Virus record (IMG/VR): IMGVR_UViG_3300032373_000001
Direction: 5' to 3' (one strand)
Length of the DNA: 64,000 nt
DNA from: a virus
Lineage: Duplodnaviria; Caudoviricetes
Part shown: positions 1 through 9,618 of the stretch, one piece after another
Position numbering within the stretch: position 1 is the stretch's first letter
Layout: each line of letters begins with the position of its first letter
Position numbers and translations under genes: made by a program
Notes under the pieces: generated by a model
What the model saw: only the letters and a program-made list of their open reading frames with translations
Databases searched by the model: none
What the model was told of the DNA's origin: nothing

Positions 1-256
1 GGTAGTTCGTGCTGTAGAGGCTGCGGAGGATCTCCGCCACTTCCTCGTAGGTGAGGTCGATGCCATCCTGCAGAATGGACTGATGTACCTCCACCGGAGT
101 GAGGTGTCGATCGCTCAGTGCTCGGGTGATGGTCGCCCGCTCCAACCTCTTCTGAGCGGGTTTCTTGATTCCCCGCTCTGCCCAGAACCCCAGGAGCAAC
201 CCGCCCAGGAACACGCCGAGGGCCAAGAGGAGTACATACCCAAAAGTCACTGTCAC
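1..256 (-). CDS. Membrane-anchored hypothetical protein, runs off window edge
   Basis: Manual translation MTVTFGYVLLLALGVFLGGLLLGFWAERG...; N-terminal hydrophobic helix; GTGA overlap with upstream stop. Confidence 0.6.
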   Translation of the reverse strand, partial: MTVTFGYVLLLALGVFLGGLLLGFWAERGIKKPAQKRLERATITRALSDRHLTPVEVHQSILQDGIDLTYEEVAEILRSLYSTNY

Positions 257-828
257 GCCCCCAGTCGAAGGAAGGTCTGCTCGACTACCTGGTCGAACAT
301 CTGGTACCAGCTCCCGAGTCGGCCAGGGCAGAGCCGGATCATAAAGGCTTCTGCCAAGGAGGCAGACCAGTAGGAAGGCCGGATGAGGTGTTGTGCCAAG
401 AGGTCATCGCCCGTTTTCGCCCCTGAGAGACCATGAGCATCCCGGATGAGGTCTTGACGGTTCCTCGACGCCCCCGTCGAGGAACCGGGGGGCATCTGAT
501 CGATCAGTGCGTGCTGTGCGGGACTCGTCCAGTAGAGCTTGGCGGTCTCTTGCCAGACGCGGAACGAGGGGTTCCCCAAGCCCTTCGGCAGACTCCTGCT
601 CAGCTGCGTCCGGTACGCGAGCAACAGGAGGAAGGAGAAGCTCTCTTTGTGGGCCAACCAGCCCCGCGCCTCGTCGTACTCCAGGTAGATGAACTCCCTC
701 GGGATCGGGCGACCCAGCGTCCTGCGCATCTCACCTAACTGAAGGAGCAGACCCCAGTTGATGCTGGCGAGGCGCCCTTGATGCCCGAGCGTCACCGCAT
801 CAAGGTATTGGGTCGCCAGGAGGTCCAT
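253..828 (-). CDS. Hypothetical protein
   Basis: Start placed at MDLLATQ (TGATG overlap with upstream stop). Confidence 0.6.
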   Translation of the reverse strand: MDLLATQYLDAVTLGHQGRLASINWGLLLQLGEMRRTLGRPIPREFIYLEYDEARGWLAHKESFSFLLLLAYRTQLSRSLPKGLGNPSFRVWQETAKLYWTSPAQHALIDQMPPGSSTGASRNRQDLIRDAHGLSGAKTGDDLLAQHLIRPSYWSASLAEAFMIRLCPGRLGSWYQMFDQVVEQTFLRLGA

Positions 829-1091
829 CAGTCGTCGACCTGACCTTTGAGTGCTTTCAGGCGGGCTTCCAGCCGCTGAATTTCTGCCTTTTTGTTGGCT
901 TGGTCCCCGGCGTACTGGGAGAACTCCTCGGGGGTTTCGAAGATCCGAATCTCTTTCGGCTCGGACACCGTGCCCTCTGAGCCCCAATCCCCGAGCTTGT
1001 GCGCGGCCATGCTGCTGGCTGTCTCCGAGTTCCCGGCCAAGTGGGAACCCCGCCTCGGCCAGCGAACTTCCCAGACCTCGATCACCTTCAT
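828..1091 (-). CDS. Hypothetical protein with C-terminal coiled coil
   Basis: Strong RBS AGGAGG; ends AEIQRLEARLKALK. Confidence 0.7.
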   Translation of the reverse strand: MKVIEVWEVRWPRRGSHLAGNSETASSMAAHKLGDWGSEGTVSEPKEIRIFETPEEFSQYAGDQANKKAEIQRLEARLKALKGQVDD

Positions 1092-1134
1092 ATTGGCCTC
1101 CTTTCACCCCCCTTACGGGGAAGGCAATTGAGAT

Positions 1135-1165
1135 GAGGCTGGGGGTAGCTATTACCCCCAGCCTC
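1135..1165. other. 13-bp inverted repeat (hairpin)
   Basis: GAGGCTGGGGGTA-gctat-TACCCCCAGCCTC; no U-tract. Confidence 0.5.
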
Positions 1166-1353
1166 CCTTGTCCGCTTGCCGCGCCGGGGGGTTCCCCCTG
1201 CCTACTGCTCCGGCTCCGAGCGAACTTTGGGTCAGGCCCAGGTTGGGGCCTGCTGCACGAACATGGAACACTCGCGGGGAGGGTGCCGGAGAGCGTTCGT
1301 GCAGTGGACTCTCCGTTACAAGAAGTATTACGGTGAGGTCAGGCCGGGGGGCG

Positions 1354-1623
1354 TCACCCCAGCTCCCCGAACTGACTGAAGGCGCGGAGGATCTCCCACC
1401 CAACCTTGCTGATGTGGGCATGGACCTTCGCGTTGGGGCTTCGGATGGCGTAGGGACCGACCCCACTCTTCCAGCACAGCCTGCAAAACTCGTACTTGGT
1501 CCCTCGGTATTGCCCCGAGGTCTCAGCGTGCGGGAACCCCGGAACACCGCCAGCCTCACAGCAAGAGCAGCACTCGATGAGGACTTCCCCTTCGCGAGGT
1601 TCCATCGGACTTCGAAGTTCCAT
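1354..1623 (-). CDS. Small Cys-containing hypothetical protein
   Basis: CCSCC and CRLC motifs; TGATG coupling. Confidence 0.55.
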   Translation of the reverse strand: MELRSPMEPREGEVLIECCSCCEAGGVPGFPHAETSGQYRGTKYEFCRLCWKSGVGPYAIRSPNAKVHAHISKVGWEILRAFSQFGELG

Positions 1624-1982
1624 CAGATGTAGACGCTCAGGAAGTGGGCCGGGACCGCGCCGCCTGTCTCCAGGTGACGGTCGACCCAGTCTTGGGCCTT
1701 GGCGATCGCACGGATGTCCGCCTTGACCGGAACGAAGTCAAAGTTCTCGTTCGGCAGGATCTTGGGAAGGTTTCGAGGGTGGAGGCCGCACTCGGCCATT
1801 CCAGCGGATACCGTCTGGCCAGGCGGCACCTCCTCCCACTTCTCCAGGACGGCCTCGTTCCCTACGGCCTCCCGCTCCAGCTTGTACGCTTCTTCCGTGG
1901 TCCGTGCGAAGACCCACGTCTCCCCGTCAGTAAAGATGCGCACTGGCCGGTTATCCCCCGACTTTTCGTTCTCGTTTTCCAC
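1623..1982 (-). CDS. Hypothetical protein
   Basis: RBS GAGGAG; operon-like packing. Confidence 0.65.
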   Translation of the reverse strand: MENENEKSGDNRPVRIFTDGETWVFARTTEEAYKLEREAVGNEAVLEKWEEVPPGQTVSAGMAECGLHPRNLPKILPNENFDFVPVKADIRAIAKAQDWVDRHLETGGAVPAHFLSVYI

Positions 1983-1991
1983 GGGCGCTCC

Positions 1992-2552
1992 TCAGCGGTC
2001 GTTTACAGAATTTACCTGAAGGGCGATCCTCCAGGCTACTGCCCCCAGGTCGAGTGCTTCCTCCTCGCAGGCCGGCTGGTGGGAGGGGGAGTACCAGCGT
2101 CGGTATTCTGGGTCGTAGCTGACGACAATGTTCCAGAACCTCGCTTCGGGGCTCAGGCCCGCGTTGAGCAGTGCTTGTTTGTATTCGCGGTAGATCTCAC
2201 CCACTTGGACGGGATCTGCGGAGGCGCACATCGCCTCTACGACCCGGGCAGCTTTTGCTGGGAGCGGCTGACGCTCCCCGAAGTAGCGGGCAAACCAGTT
2301 GCGGAGGAGGTCTTGGCGATGCTCTAAGATTTCGCGCCCGCCCCCAACCCAATACGCCAACGACAGGGGGGCGTGGGACCACGCGGGGTAGCCTTGGGAG
2401 TCCTGGAAGAAGTCGAAGGGGACTTCCATCGCCCTACACAACTCGAAGAACTGGGGCATGAGATCTAACCGGGCCACCCCCAAAGGCCAGCGGCCCTCGG
2501 TGAGGTAGAACACCTCGTCGTACAGGTGCTGAAGGTTCTCTTCAGGGCTCAT
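1992..2552 (-). CDS. Hypothetical protein
   Basis: Start placed at MSPEENL. Confidence 0.6.
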   Translation of the reverse strand: MSPEENLQHLYDEVFYLTEGRWPLGVARLDLMPQFFELCRAMEVPFDFFQDSQGYPAWSHAPLSLAYWVGGGREILEHRQDLLRNWFARYFGERQPLPAKAARVVEAMCASADPVQVGEIYREYKQALLNAGLSPEARFWNIVVSYDPEYRRWYSPSHQPACEEEALDLGAVAWRIALQVNSVNDR

Positions 2553-2566
2553 GATGCTCGAACCCC

Positions 2567-2944
2567 TCAGAGGACCCGGTCCCACTTGGCGGGTATCCCA
2601 CTGGTGGCGGGCAAGTGGACCCGGAAGGTCGAGCCCACAGGAGCCGAGAGGACGTTGTCGGGCAGGTCCATGTAGCTGACGGAGCAGCGACCGATGTGCT
2701 GGATGTCGAAGATGCACATGTCCCCGCCGTCCGAAGGCTCGACCATCTTCGTGGCCTCGCTGTTGTACGGGCGCTGATCGAACTTGGTCGGGTCCTCACT
2801 GAAGCAATTGGTGCAGAGGTCCCAGAACTGAGGCTCCTCTCCGTCTGGGGTCCTCCGCTCCAGCGAGAAGTACTCGTCGTGAGCTTCGTCGATGGTCGCC
2901 CCGCAGCGATCGCAGTAGAGTTGTTCGATGGTGCGTTGACCCAT
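2567..2944 (-). CDS. Zn-ribbon-like hypothetical protein
   Basis: CDRC...CTNC pairs. Confidence 0.6.
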   Translation of the reverse strand: MGQRTIEQLYCDRCGATIDEAHDEYFSLERRTPDGEEPQFWDLCTNCFSEDPTKFDQRPYNSEATKMVEPSDGGDMCIFDIQHIGRCSVSYMDLPDNVLSAPVGSTFRVHLPATSGIPAKWDRVL

Positions 2945-2953
2945 GTAAGTTCC

Positions 2954-3460
2954 TCAGTAGATGTTGTAGGCCGAGGCAGCAACTGCCTCTTCTGGGCAGC
3001 GGCATTTCCTCAGCTGGTCCAGGCCCTTACTGTAGACCATCAGAGAGTTTCGCGGGTGGTACTGGTAGCACTCCAGCTCTCGCGTCAAGAGGTGCCTCCA
3101 GAGGTTGGACCCCCCGCACATCGTGGAGCGGTTCACCTGACCGAGGAATATGACGGTCTCAGCCCGTGACGCCAAGACCTCGATGTCGTTGTTGTAGCAG
3201 GACGGCCATCCCATGAACACCAACCTCGGAGAGGCACCTTTGGGGAGGTCTTGGAAGTAGGATCGGTGCTCGACCACCCCTGGCATCGCCGCCCGAAGAT
3301 CTTTGAGGTCCTTGTCCACCGCGAACACCTTCTTGGCACCCAGCCTCCGGAGCACATTGCTCTGGCGCAGGTCAAGCCCGCAACCCAGGTCCCAGACCTC
3401 TTGGTCCTCCAGGTGGAAGCTCAACGCATCACGGATCTCGGGCGGGAACTTACTGAACAA
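2954..3460 (-). CDS. Minimal class I SAM-dependent methyltransferase-like protein
   Basis: Motif I VWDLGCG and motif II VFAVDKD; TTG start after GGAGAG. Confidence 0.65.
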   Translation of the reverse strand: MFSKFPPEIRDALSFHLEDQEVWDLGCGLDLRQSNVLRRLGAKKVFAVDKDLKDLRAAMPGVVEHRSYFQDLPKGASPRLVFMGWPSCYNNDIEVLASRAETVIFLGQVNRSTMCGGSNLWRHLLTRELECYQYHPRNSLMVYSKGLDQLRKCRCPEEAVAASAYNIY

Positions 3461-4013
3461 GGGGCTCTCCTCGGAGCAGGGTGACCAGCTCCCGCATCGC
3501 CAACACGACCTCGGGGGTCGGCAGCGCACTCCCCAACAGGCAGACGGCCGACCCCAGTCGACCACCTAAGCAATCGAACAGGGCAGTACTGAGCGTGTGT
3601 GCCCGGATCGAGAGGGTCATCAAAGGGGCTGAGGTCCAGGGGGGGAGTTCGCCCGCGCGGGCCTCAGCTTCAAAATAGGGGCCGTAGAGCCGGTCGCACG
3701 TTGACCGGAACATCCCGAGGGCAGCGACATGTTCCCGAGAGCCCGACAGCGGCCCGCACTGACGGATCTTTCTCAGGGTCCTCCGTCCCATGTAGCGGGT
3801 CATCTCCCACTTGAGGGGGTCTGGGAGACGGGTCATCAGGCCACTTTGCCAAGGGCCAACCGCCTTGTCGTAGAACGCGGGAGTGGGTGTGATGCCCAGG
3901 CTCTCGCGAAGCTCCTCTGCCTGATGGAAGAGGTCCACATTGAGCCTCCTGTTTCTGCCTGCCTCCGCGTACAGAGCCAGCAGCTGCTCTCGTTGCTCAC
4001 GGGTCACCTTCAT
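3450..4013 (-). CDS. Hypothetical protein
   Basis: 187-aa ORF, coupled to neighbours. Confidence 0.6.
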   Translation of the reverse strand: MKVTREQREQLLALYAEAGRNRRLNVDLFHQAEELRESLGITPTPAFYDKAVGPWQSGLMTRLPDPLKWEMTRYMGRRTLRKIRQCGPLSGSREHVAALGMFRSTCDRLYGPYFEAEARAGELPPWTSAPLMTLSIRAHTLSTALFDCLGGRLGSAVCLLGSALPTPEVVLAMRELVTLLRGEPLVQ

Positions 4014-4294
4014 CGGAGTCTGTACCGCGCGCCGTTGCCGGGAACGATCTCGACCTCAACTTGACGGTCCATGTTGCCCAGCGCGACGTAGGCCATTGCC
4101 TTGCCCAGCGTCGAGCCCCACCGGACGCGGTACGCCTTGCGGATGTCCTCCACCCTGTAGTAGTCCAGGTTCCCTTCCCGCAGGACAGCCAGGATGCGGT
4201 TCTGAATTCGCTCCATCCGCCTGTGGGTGAACACCAGAGAGAGGGAGAAGGCTGCGAACAGCACGAACAGGACCGAGAAGATGCCGGCCACCAT
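4010..4294 (-). CDS. Membrane-anchored small protein
   Basis: N-terminal TM helix IFSVLFVLFAAFSLSLVF. Confidence 0.6.
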   Translation of the reverse strand: MVAGIFSVLFVLFAAFSLSLVFTHRRMERIQNRILAVLREGNLDYYRVEDIRKAYRVRWGSTLGKAMAYVALGNMDRQVEVEIVPGNGARYRLR

Positions 4295-4638
4295 CACTCT
4301 GCCTCCAGGAACTCGGGGCAGACCTTGGGGAGCAGCCCCGAAAGAAGCCTGTAGGCTTCTTTTTGGTCTTTGCAGCGGTCCGCCAATAGGGCGTGCGAGG
4401 GAAGGGAAGGGTCGTATTCCTTCCGGACCCGGAACCACCGCCGACGGACCTCGTCCATCTCGAAGGTCCCTGTCAGGAGGTAGCGTGCATCCTCGACCGT
4501 CTGGAGGAACATGATCTCCAGGGTGCTTGGGGAACCCCAGCTCCGGGGGTACTTGACCATGTAGGTCAGGCGCTGAACCAGCATGTTCAGCATGGCCTGC
4601 GAGGAAGCGTGCTCGTGGGCCTGGATCTTGTTCGGCAT
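4294..4638 (-). CDS. Hypothetical protein
   Basis: 114-aa ORF, coupled. Confidence 0.6.
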   Translation of the reverse strand: MPNKIQAHEHASSQAMLNMLVQRLTYMVKYPRSWGSPSTLEIMFLQTVEDARYLLTGTFEMDEVRRRWFRVRKEYDPSLPSHALLADRCKDQKEAYRLLSGLLPKVCPEFLEAE

Positions 4639-4686
4639 GGGTCTCTGTTACCTACTGAGGCAAGGACCCCTCTTAGGGGCCTCCGG

Positions 4687-5811
4687 TCAGTCGAGGAGGT
4701 CCCCAGGCTTGGGCATGGTGATGGCCACGCGGACCGGGACTGCGATCAGGGTGTCGTCTCCGTTGATGACCGCTTCGGCCTCCTGCCGGGAGTCGAAGAG
4801 GCTGATCTTGTCGGTCTCTGAGTCCTTCATGCAGGTGCCCCTGCCCAAGAATGCCTTCAGCCCCTTGTGATAGCAGACCATGTAGCGAACGCGCGGGCCG
4901 TCTTCCAGCTCCCACCTGTTGTTACTGCTCATACTTGTACCTCCGCGTAGGGTGTAGTCCACTCGAACCCCTCCGGGCGGGGGCACATTGCTCGGCAGGA
5001 CTTTGAGGGGAACTGTACCCCCCGTGAGGTCTATCTCGCAGTGGGTCGCCTCACCGCGCAGCTGACGCTGGCGAGCGTCTTCGAGGAGTTCCTGTAGGAG
5101 CCCGCTCAAAACCTCGTGGGTCTTCCGAGAGCTGACGACCCAGGCTTTCTCGACGGGCAAGAGGTCCCCCAGTCCCCAGTCTTGGAACCCCTTGAGGGTA
5201 GGCATCTCCGCTTGCCCCCACTCCTCCGCCAACCACCACCGCCAATGCTTGGAGGCAGGGGCGGCTCCGAGCTCCCGGAACCTTCGGGCTTCTTCCTCCC
5301 GGATTTCTTTGAGCTGGTATCGGTTGTAGCGGTGGGGGTCAGCTAACATCGCCTCTTTCTTCAGGCGAAAGTTCTCACCTGCCGCCCACTTCTGCAGGGC
5401 GGCGGCGTCTTGGGAGTCCGGATAATAGCAGTCCTCCCACCGCAGCAGGCCCTTCTGGGTCTTGACTTGGAGGGTCTCGTGGGGGGCCTTGACCGGCTCC
5501 ACCTCCAGGCATGTCAGCAGGCCGTGCTCAGGGTGCCAGACTGGCTTGCCCTTTAGGGCTGCTGCTGCCGCCTTGTGCCATCGGACCTCCCTCTTGGGGA
5601 GCGTGTAGACTCCCCAGAGCGCCAACAGCATCACGGCAGACTCCAGTAGGAGAAAGCCGATGATGGGCAGGACTCCGATGTTCGTCACCACCACCACCAC
5701 CAAGAAGGCAGCGGTGATGTAGTGCGCGCGATCGATGGCCTTGGCCTCCCAGGGCTCATGAGTCCGGAGGGGTCTGCGCCCTTCGCTGAGGCTGGGGAGG
5801 TTCCTGCTCAT
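4687..5811 (-). CDS. Membrane protein; possibly also a separately initiated C-terminal 81-aa product (4687-4932)
   Basis: Two N-terminal hydrophobic helices; internal GGAGG RBS before in-frame ATG at 4932. Confidence 0.55.
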   Translation of the reverse strand: MSRNLPSLSEGRRPLRTHEPWEAKAIDRAHYITAAFLVVVVVTNIGVLPIIGFLLLESAVMLLALWGVYTLPKREVRWHKAAAAALKGKPVWHPEHGLLTCLEVEPVKAPHETLQVKTQKGLLRWEDCYYPDSQDAAALQKWAAGENFRLKKEAMLADPHRYNRYQLKEIREEEARRFRELGAAPASKHWRWWLAEEWGQAEMPTLKGFQDWGLGDLLPVEKAWVVSSRKTHEVLSGLLQELLEDARQRQLRGEATHCEIDLTGGTVPLKVLPSNVPPPGGVRVDYTLRGGTSMSSNNRWELEDGPRVRYMVCYHKGLKAFLGRGTCMKDSETDKISLFDSRQEAEAVINGDDTLIAVPVRVAITMPKPGDLLD

Positions 5812-5812
5812 G

Positions 5813-6223
5813 TCAGTACCAGCCCCTCACCTGCATCCACTCCCGCCAGTGGACCCATCCTTGGGCGGTGTGGAACCCCCAATCTCGGTACTTGGGGCCA
5901 GTCCAGACCACAGTCCACGCAGGACTGTTTTCGGGCAGACGCAGCCGGTGAGCTTCCCCAGCCCTCTTCTGGACCAGGCTACCAGGACCGAACCACTTCC
6001 CTTCAGGATAGTGTGCGGAGTGCTCCCAGTAGCCGCCCCAGAGGATGAAACTCCAGAAGTCGAAGGGGTGGTCGTGGTACTCCCGGTCACTGTCGCTGCG
6101 GAGGATATGATGCAGCCGCAGGTCCCCCCACGAGGTCCGGAGCACCCACCGCCTCATGTACGGCGAGGGGTCTTGCGGGGTGGTGATGTCGTGGCGGAAG
6201 ATGCGGAGGTACTCTCGTTTCAT
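5813..6223 (-). CDS. Cupin-fold protein
   Basis: LHHILRSDSDREYHDHPFDFWSFILWGGYWE and later AHRL cupin metal-binding motifs. Confidence 0.7.
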   Translation of the reverse strand: MKREYLRIFRHDITTPQDPSPYMRRWVLRTSWGDLRLHHILRSDSDREYHDHPFDFWSFILWGGYWEHSAHYPEGKWFGPGSLVQKRAGEAHRLRLPENSPAWTVVWTGPKYRDWGFHTAQGWVHWREWMQVRGWY

Positions 6224-6693
6224 TCTGCGCCCCGGCCATAAGGGCCAGTGAGAGTGAGGACCCGGCGGGACTTCTCATCCGGTCCTCGGATGAATTTGAC
6301 AGCGGAGAGGTGGTCCCCGTTCGCAACCCAGAGGACCTCTTCGGTCTCAGGGACGTCTGCCTTGTAGCGGTAGAAGGCCCACTCGCCTCGAACTTCAATA
6401 CAGACGGCAGGACCCCAGCCGGTTTGGACCCAGCACCCAGGCTCAAGGATATCGGGGAGCATCCGCTCCAAGAAGACGTCTCGGGCCACGTCCCGGAACA
6501 CCACGGCTGGGGACTTGGTGGGGTCGGATGCCCAGCGTCGAATGCTCGGCTGAGGGACTCCCAACAGGGAGGAGGCTTGCTGATCACTCAGGCTCAGAAG
6601 GCGCAATCCCTCCGCGAAGAGAGCACTGAACCTCTCCCCGGAAGTCAGGTCCGCTTGTAGCAGCCGGATGGCGTAGTCTTGCTCTGGGGTCAC
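6220..6693 (-). CDS. XRE-type helix-turn-helix protein
   Basis: LSDQQASSLLGVPQPSIRRW HTH pattern. Confidence 0.6.
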   Translation of the reverse strand: MTPEQDYAIRLLQADLTSGERFSALFAEGLRLLSLSDQQASSLLGVPQPSIRRWASDPTKSPAVVFRDVARDVFLERMLPDILEPGCWVQTGWGPAVCIEVRGEWAFYRYKADVPETEEVLWVANGDHLSAVKFIRGPDEKSRRVLTLTGPYGRGAE

Positions 6694-6884
6694 CTTAGCC
6701 CCCACCGTTCGGCGACCTTTACTGTCAGGTACATCGACCCTGCCCAGACCAAGAACACCACCCAGACGGGGGCCCCGATCAGGAGGAGGTCGCTGTTTGG
6801 GTAGCGGGTGAGCAAGAAGCGTTCGAAGAGGTGCCCCGCGACCAGGGCGGGGAGGATGTTCCAGAGGACCAGGCCCCAAGTCAC
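6690..6884 (-). CDS. Small two-TM membrane protein
   Basis: Two hydrophobic segments; GTG start. Confidence 0.55.
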   Translation of the reverse strand: MTWGLVLWNILPALVAGHLFERFLLTRYPNSDLLLIGAPVWVVFLVWAGSMYLTVKVAERWGLR

Positions 6885-6900
6885 CTTCCGAGATGATGCC

Positions 6901-7350
6901 TCAGTGGATCGACTCACAGCCGACCTCTGAGGCATCGAGTTCCTTGGAGGCCATCAGCTCCGCGTAGCGCTGGAGCAACGCCGGCACATAGGGGTCGTAG
7001 GGCAACCCCAAGCCGCTGTTCAGGCCAAACTCCGTCGCGGCCTTGCGGGCTTCGACATCATCCTCGAAGCCGATCGCCTCTGCCACGGCAGCGGCAGACC
7101 CGTTCGCGAAGGTCATCAAGACCCAAGCATCCTGGAGGTCGTCTTGGCCAACCTGTTTGAAGATGGCGTAGCGGTGGGCACTGCGGAGGGGCCAGGCCGC
7201 TTGGCCCAGGCCCTCCGCAAAGGATTTGGCCGAGGACCAAGCATTGCTCCCGGAAGACCCGACCGCATGGCCTACCTGTTCCCAGGTGAGGTTGCTGAAC
7301 AAGTACAGGAAGTAGGCTCGCGTCCCTTTGGTGTCTGTCAGGTAGTGCAT
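6901..7350 (-). CDS. Hypothetical protein, possible HTH
   Basis: TWEQVGHAVG and AAAVAEAIG helix-turn-helix-like segments. Confidence 0.5.
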   Translation of the reverse strand: MHYLTDTKGTRAYFLYLFSNLTWEQVGHAVGSSGSNAWSSAKSFAEGLGQAAWPLRSAHRYAIFKQVGQDDLQDAWVLMTFANGSAAAVAEAIGFEDDVEARKAATEFGLNSGLGLPYDPYVPALLQRYAELMASKELDASEVGCESIH

Positions 7351-7773
7351 TCAGTTCTCCCAGCCCTTCTTGCCCCACGGGGTGATGAACAGTGCCCCGA
7401 AGGCGTTGTGGTACACGACCTGGAACCCGAATCCCGGCAGCGAGCGGTCTTCGGGGTCGAAGCTGCCCTGGTCATCCCCCGGCAGGTCCGCAGCCTCCCC
7501 GAAAGCCAAGAAGCACTGCTGAACGGATCCTCGCTCCCAGAACAGCTGGTCCTCTCGGACCGCCGCGCTCACTACGCCCCACAACCCTGTCCGCAGTCCG
7601 AAGGGGATGCCCTCGCCCGTGAGCAGCATCCCGTCCTTGAGAGTGAAGGTCTGGTCGACCGGCCACTGATCTTCGATGTCGACCCAGGACCACTCCTGAA
7701 CCTTCTTGCCGGTGTCATCGTAGCGGGTCGCCGAGTGGCCGACCCACAACGTGGTTGTTTCGGCTGCGCTCAT
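7351..7773 (-). CDS. Hypothetical protein
   Basis: RBS GGAGGAGAACCT-ATG. Confidence 0.65.
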   Translation of the reverse strand: MSAAETTTLWVGHSATRYDDTGKKVQEWSWVDIEDQWPVDQTFTLKDGMLLTGEGIPFGLRTGLWGVVSAAVREDQLFWERGSVQQCFLAFGEAADLPGDDQGSFDPEDRSLPGFGFQVVYHNAFGALFITPWGKKGWEN

Positions 7774-8273
7774 AGGTTCTCCTCCAAGAGCACATCGAGC
7801 TCCTGGTCTTCGGTGAGGTAGTAGGTCAGGGAGGACGGCACCCACCCCTGATTCTCCAAGTCGGCCTCAAAGCGGTGCTCGATCGCGTTCCAGCGCACGT
7901 CCTTCACCCGACTGATCCCGCATCTGGTCTGGAGGTGGGTGGGGTGTTCCACCTCATATGCCCACCTCTCCAGGCGGTGGTCTTCTTTGCTGGAGTGGTA
8001 GAAGAGGATGTAGAAGTAACCGCTCAAGAGCAGCAGCAGCATCGAGATGCCCACAGCGGGCCACGCTGTGCCTTCGATCACGCAGGCCACCAGCAAGAGC
8101 GGGGGGAAGACCCATGCCCCGGACACCAACAGCGGTCTTGGCACCTCCTGGAACAAGTCGGCCCAGAAGGTGCAGGCGAAGCGGAAGAAGTACTCGCCGA
8201 ACCGGAGCTGGTCGGGGGTGCGGAATCGGTTGGTTTCGGTAAGGCTTGACATGATCTCCGTTACCTCCCTCAC
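7770..8273 (-). CDS. Membrane protein
   Basis: Two central hydrophobic helices. Confidence 0.6.
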   Translation of the reverse strand: MREVTEIMSSLTETNRFRTPDQLRFGEYFFRFACTFWADLFQEVPRPLLVSGAWVFPPLLLVACVIEGTAWPAVGISMLLLLLSGYFYILFYHSSKEDHRLERWAYEVEHPTHLQTRCGISRVKDVRWNAIEHRFEADLENQGWVPSSLTYYLTEDQELDVLLEENL

Positions 8274-8830
8274 CTCTTCGCGCTGGCAGCCTTCAACAGC
8301 GCCTCCACTCGGGCGATCTCCGCGTCGGTGTGGACGGTGCCGCCCCGATTCAGCCGCAGGTACACCCGCATGATCTCCGCATCCGAGTACCCCTCAAGGT
8401 ACTTGATGGTGAAAGTGGGGCCTCCGATCCCGGTGATCCTCCGGAAGTGCCCCGGTTCCACGTCCCGCGCGAAGAAGGTCAGGTCTCGCTCCGGAATCAC
8501 CGCAGGGATCTCCCCGTTCATCCAGCGGATGATAGCAGTGAGTCGCTGCTTGCCGTCCACAACCTCGTCCGGTTGGAAGTTGCGGTGTCCGGTGGGCCAG
8601 CGCCGCACCCAGATGGGAGGGATGCCGGGGTTGCCTCCCAACATCGAGCCCACGAACAGTGAAGCCTGCTGATCGGTCCAGACGTGACCGCGTTGGTACT
8701 CCGGATACAGGTTGAGGTGCTGGTTCGGATCGTCCGACTCCACCCGCGCCTTCAGCAGGTGAAGGAAGAGGTTCTCCGTCTCGTTGCCTCGGAGGGGCTG
8801 GTAGATGTCGTCTCGGGTGAGCAGGGTCAT
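8270..8830 (-). CDS. Stand-alone DUF262 (ParB/Srx-like, GmrSD N-terminal) domain protein
   Basis: PEYQRGHVW, VVDGKQRL and YLRLNRGG hallmark motifs. Confidence 0.85.
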   Translation of the reverse strand: MTLLTRDDIYQPLRGNETENLFLHLLKARVESDDPNQHLNLYPEYQRGHVWTDQQASLFVGSMLGGNPGIPPIWVRRWPTGHRNFQPDEVVDGKQRLTAIIRWMNGEIPAVIPERDLTFFARDVEPGHFRRITGIGGPTFTIKYLEGYSDAEIMRVYLRLNRGGTVHTDAEIARVEALLKAASAKR

Positions 8831-8838
8831 GCGGTCAC

Positions 8839-9618
8839 TTACTCTTCGTCCTCGTACTCGAATACGTGAGCGACCTTACGGGTCCTGTAAATTTGGAGCC
8901 ACGGAGGTCCCTCGGGGGCAAGGCTGACCCGCGCCACCTTGGAACCGTTCGGCCCCCAGACCCTCCGGGACCGCAAGGTCTGCTTGTAGGTCCGCTCGTC
9001 CACCTTGGCGATGACGTGGCTCCGGCGGTGGGCCTCGTATCGTCCGAGTTGGAGGTTCTCCCACCTCAGCAGGTAGTCGTGGCCGACTCCTTGAGCCCAG
9101 CCTCGGAAGATGAACTCCCGTCCGTTCTTGGTGCGGTACTTCTTCCCAGACTCCAGGTGGCGCTCAGGGATCAAGGCTGCCTGCGCCCCCGGACCCATCT
9201 CCTCGTGCTCCTTCCACTCTGAGCCTCCTTCGTAGAGCAAGCGCATCGAGGAACCCTTCTGGGCCCAAGAGTAGGCCCCCTCGATCCGAGCACCCGCCAC
9301 CCTTGACCCGTACAGTGCCCGCTCGAACACTTCAGGGCGCAGGTCGAACAACCAGCCCTGGGGGGTGATGACCTTGTACACGGTCTTGCCTCCGCGCTCC
9401 TCCTGGTGGTAGAGGTAGAGGCCGTTGTAGGGGAGGTTGGGCCAGTTGTCCCGGACTTCGCACTCCTCGCCGCCCCACTTCAGGGCCTGACGGACTAAGC
9501 TCTCACTCTCTGCCGGCACCGCGAACGCGGGCCGGAACCTGCACATCCGATGGGTGATGCGCTGGGGGGCACCACGCTCCTTCTTGAGCACCAGCAGCAG
9601 CTTCTCAGGCAGGCTCAT
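8839..9618 (-). CDS. Hypothetical phage protein
   Basis: Start placed at MSLPEKL; coupled. Confidence 0.6.
   Translation of the reverse strand: MSLPEKLLLVLKKERGAPQRITHRMCRFRPAFAVPAESESLVRQALKWGGEECEVRDNWPNLPYNGLYLYHQEERGGKTVYKVITPQGWLFDLRPEVFERALYGSRVAGARIEGAYSWAQKGSSMRLLYEGGSEWKEHEEMGPGAQAALIPERHLESGKKYRTKNGREFIFRGWAQGVGHDYLLRWENLQLGRYEAHRRSHVIAKVDERTYKQTLRSRRVWGPNGSKVARVSLAPEGPPWLQIYRTRKVAHVFEYEDEE

Noticed and set aside
1152-1350. ORF 1152-1559 as a gene
   Set aside because: Low-complexity Pro/Ser/Gly translation overlapping a better ORF, with no RBS.
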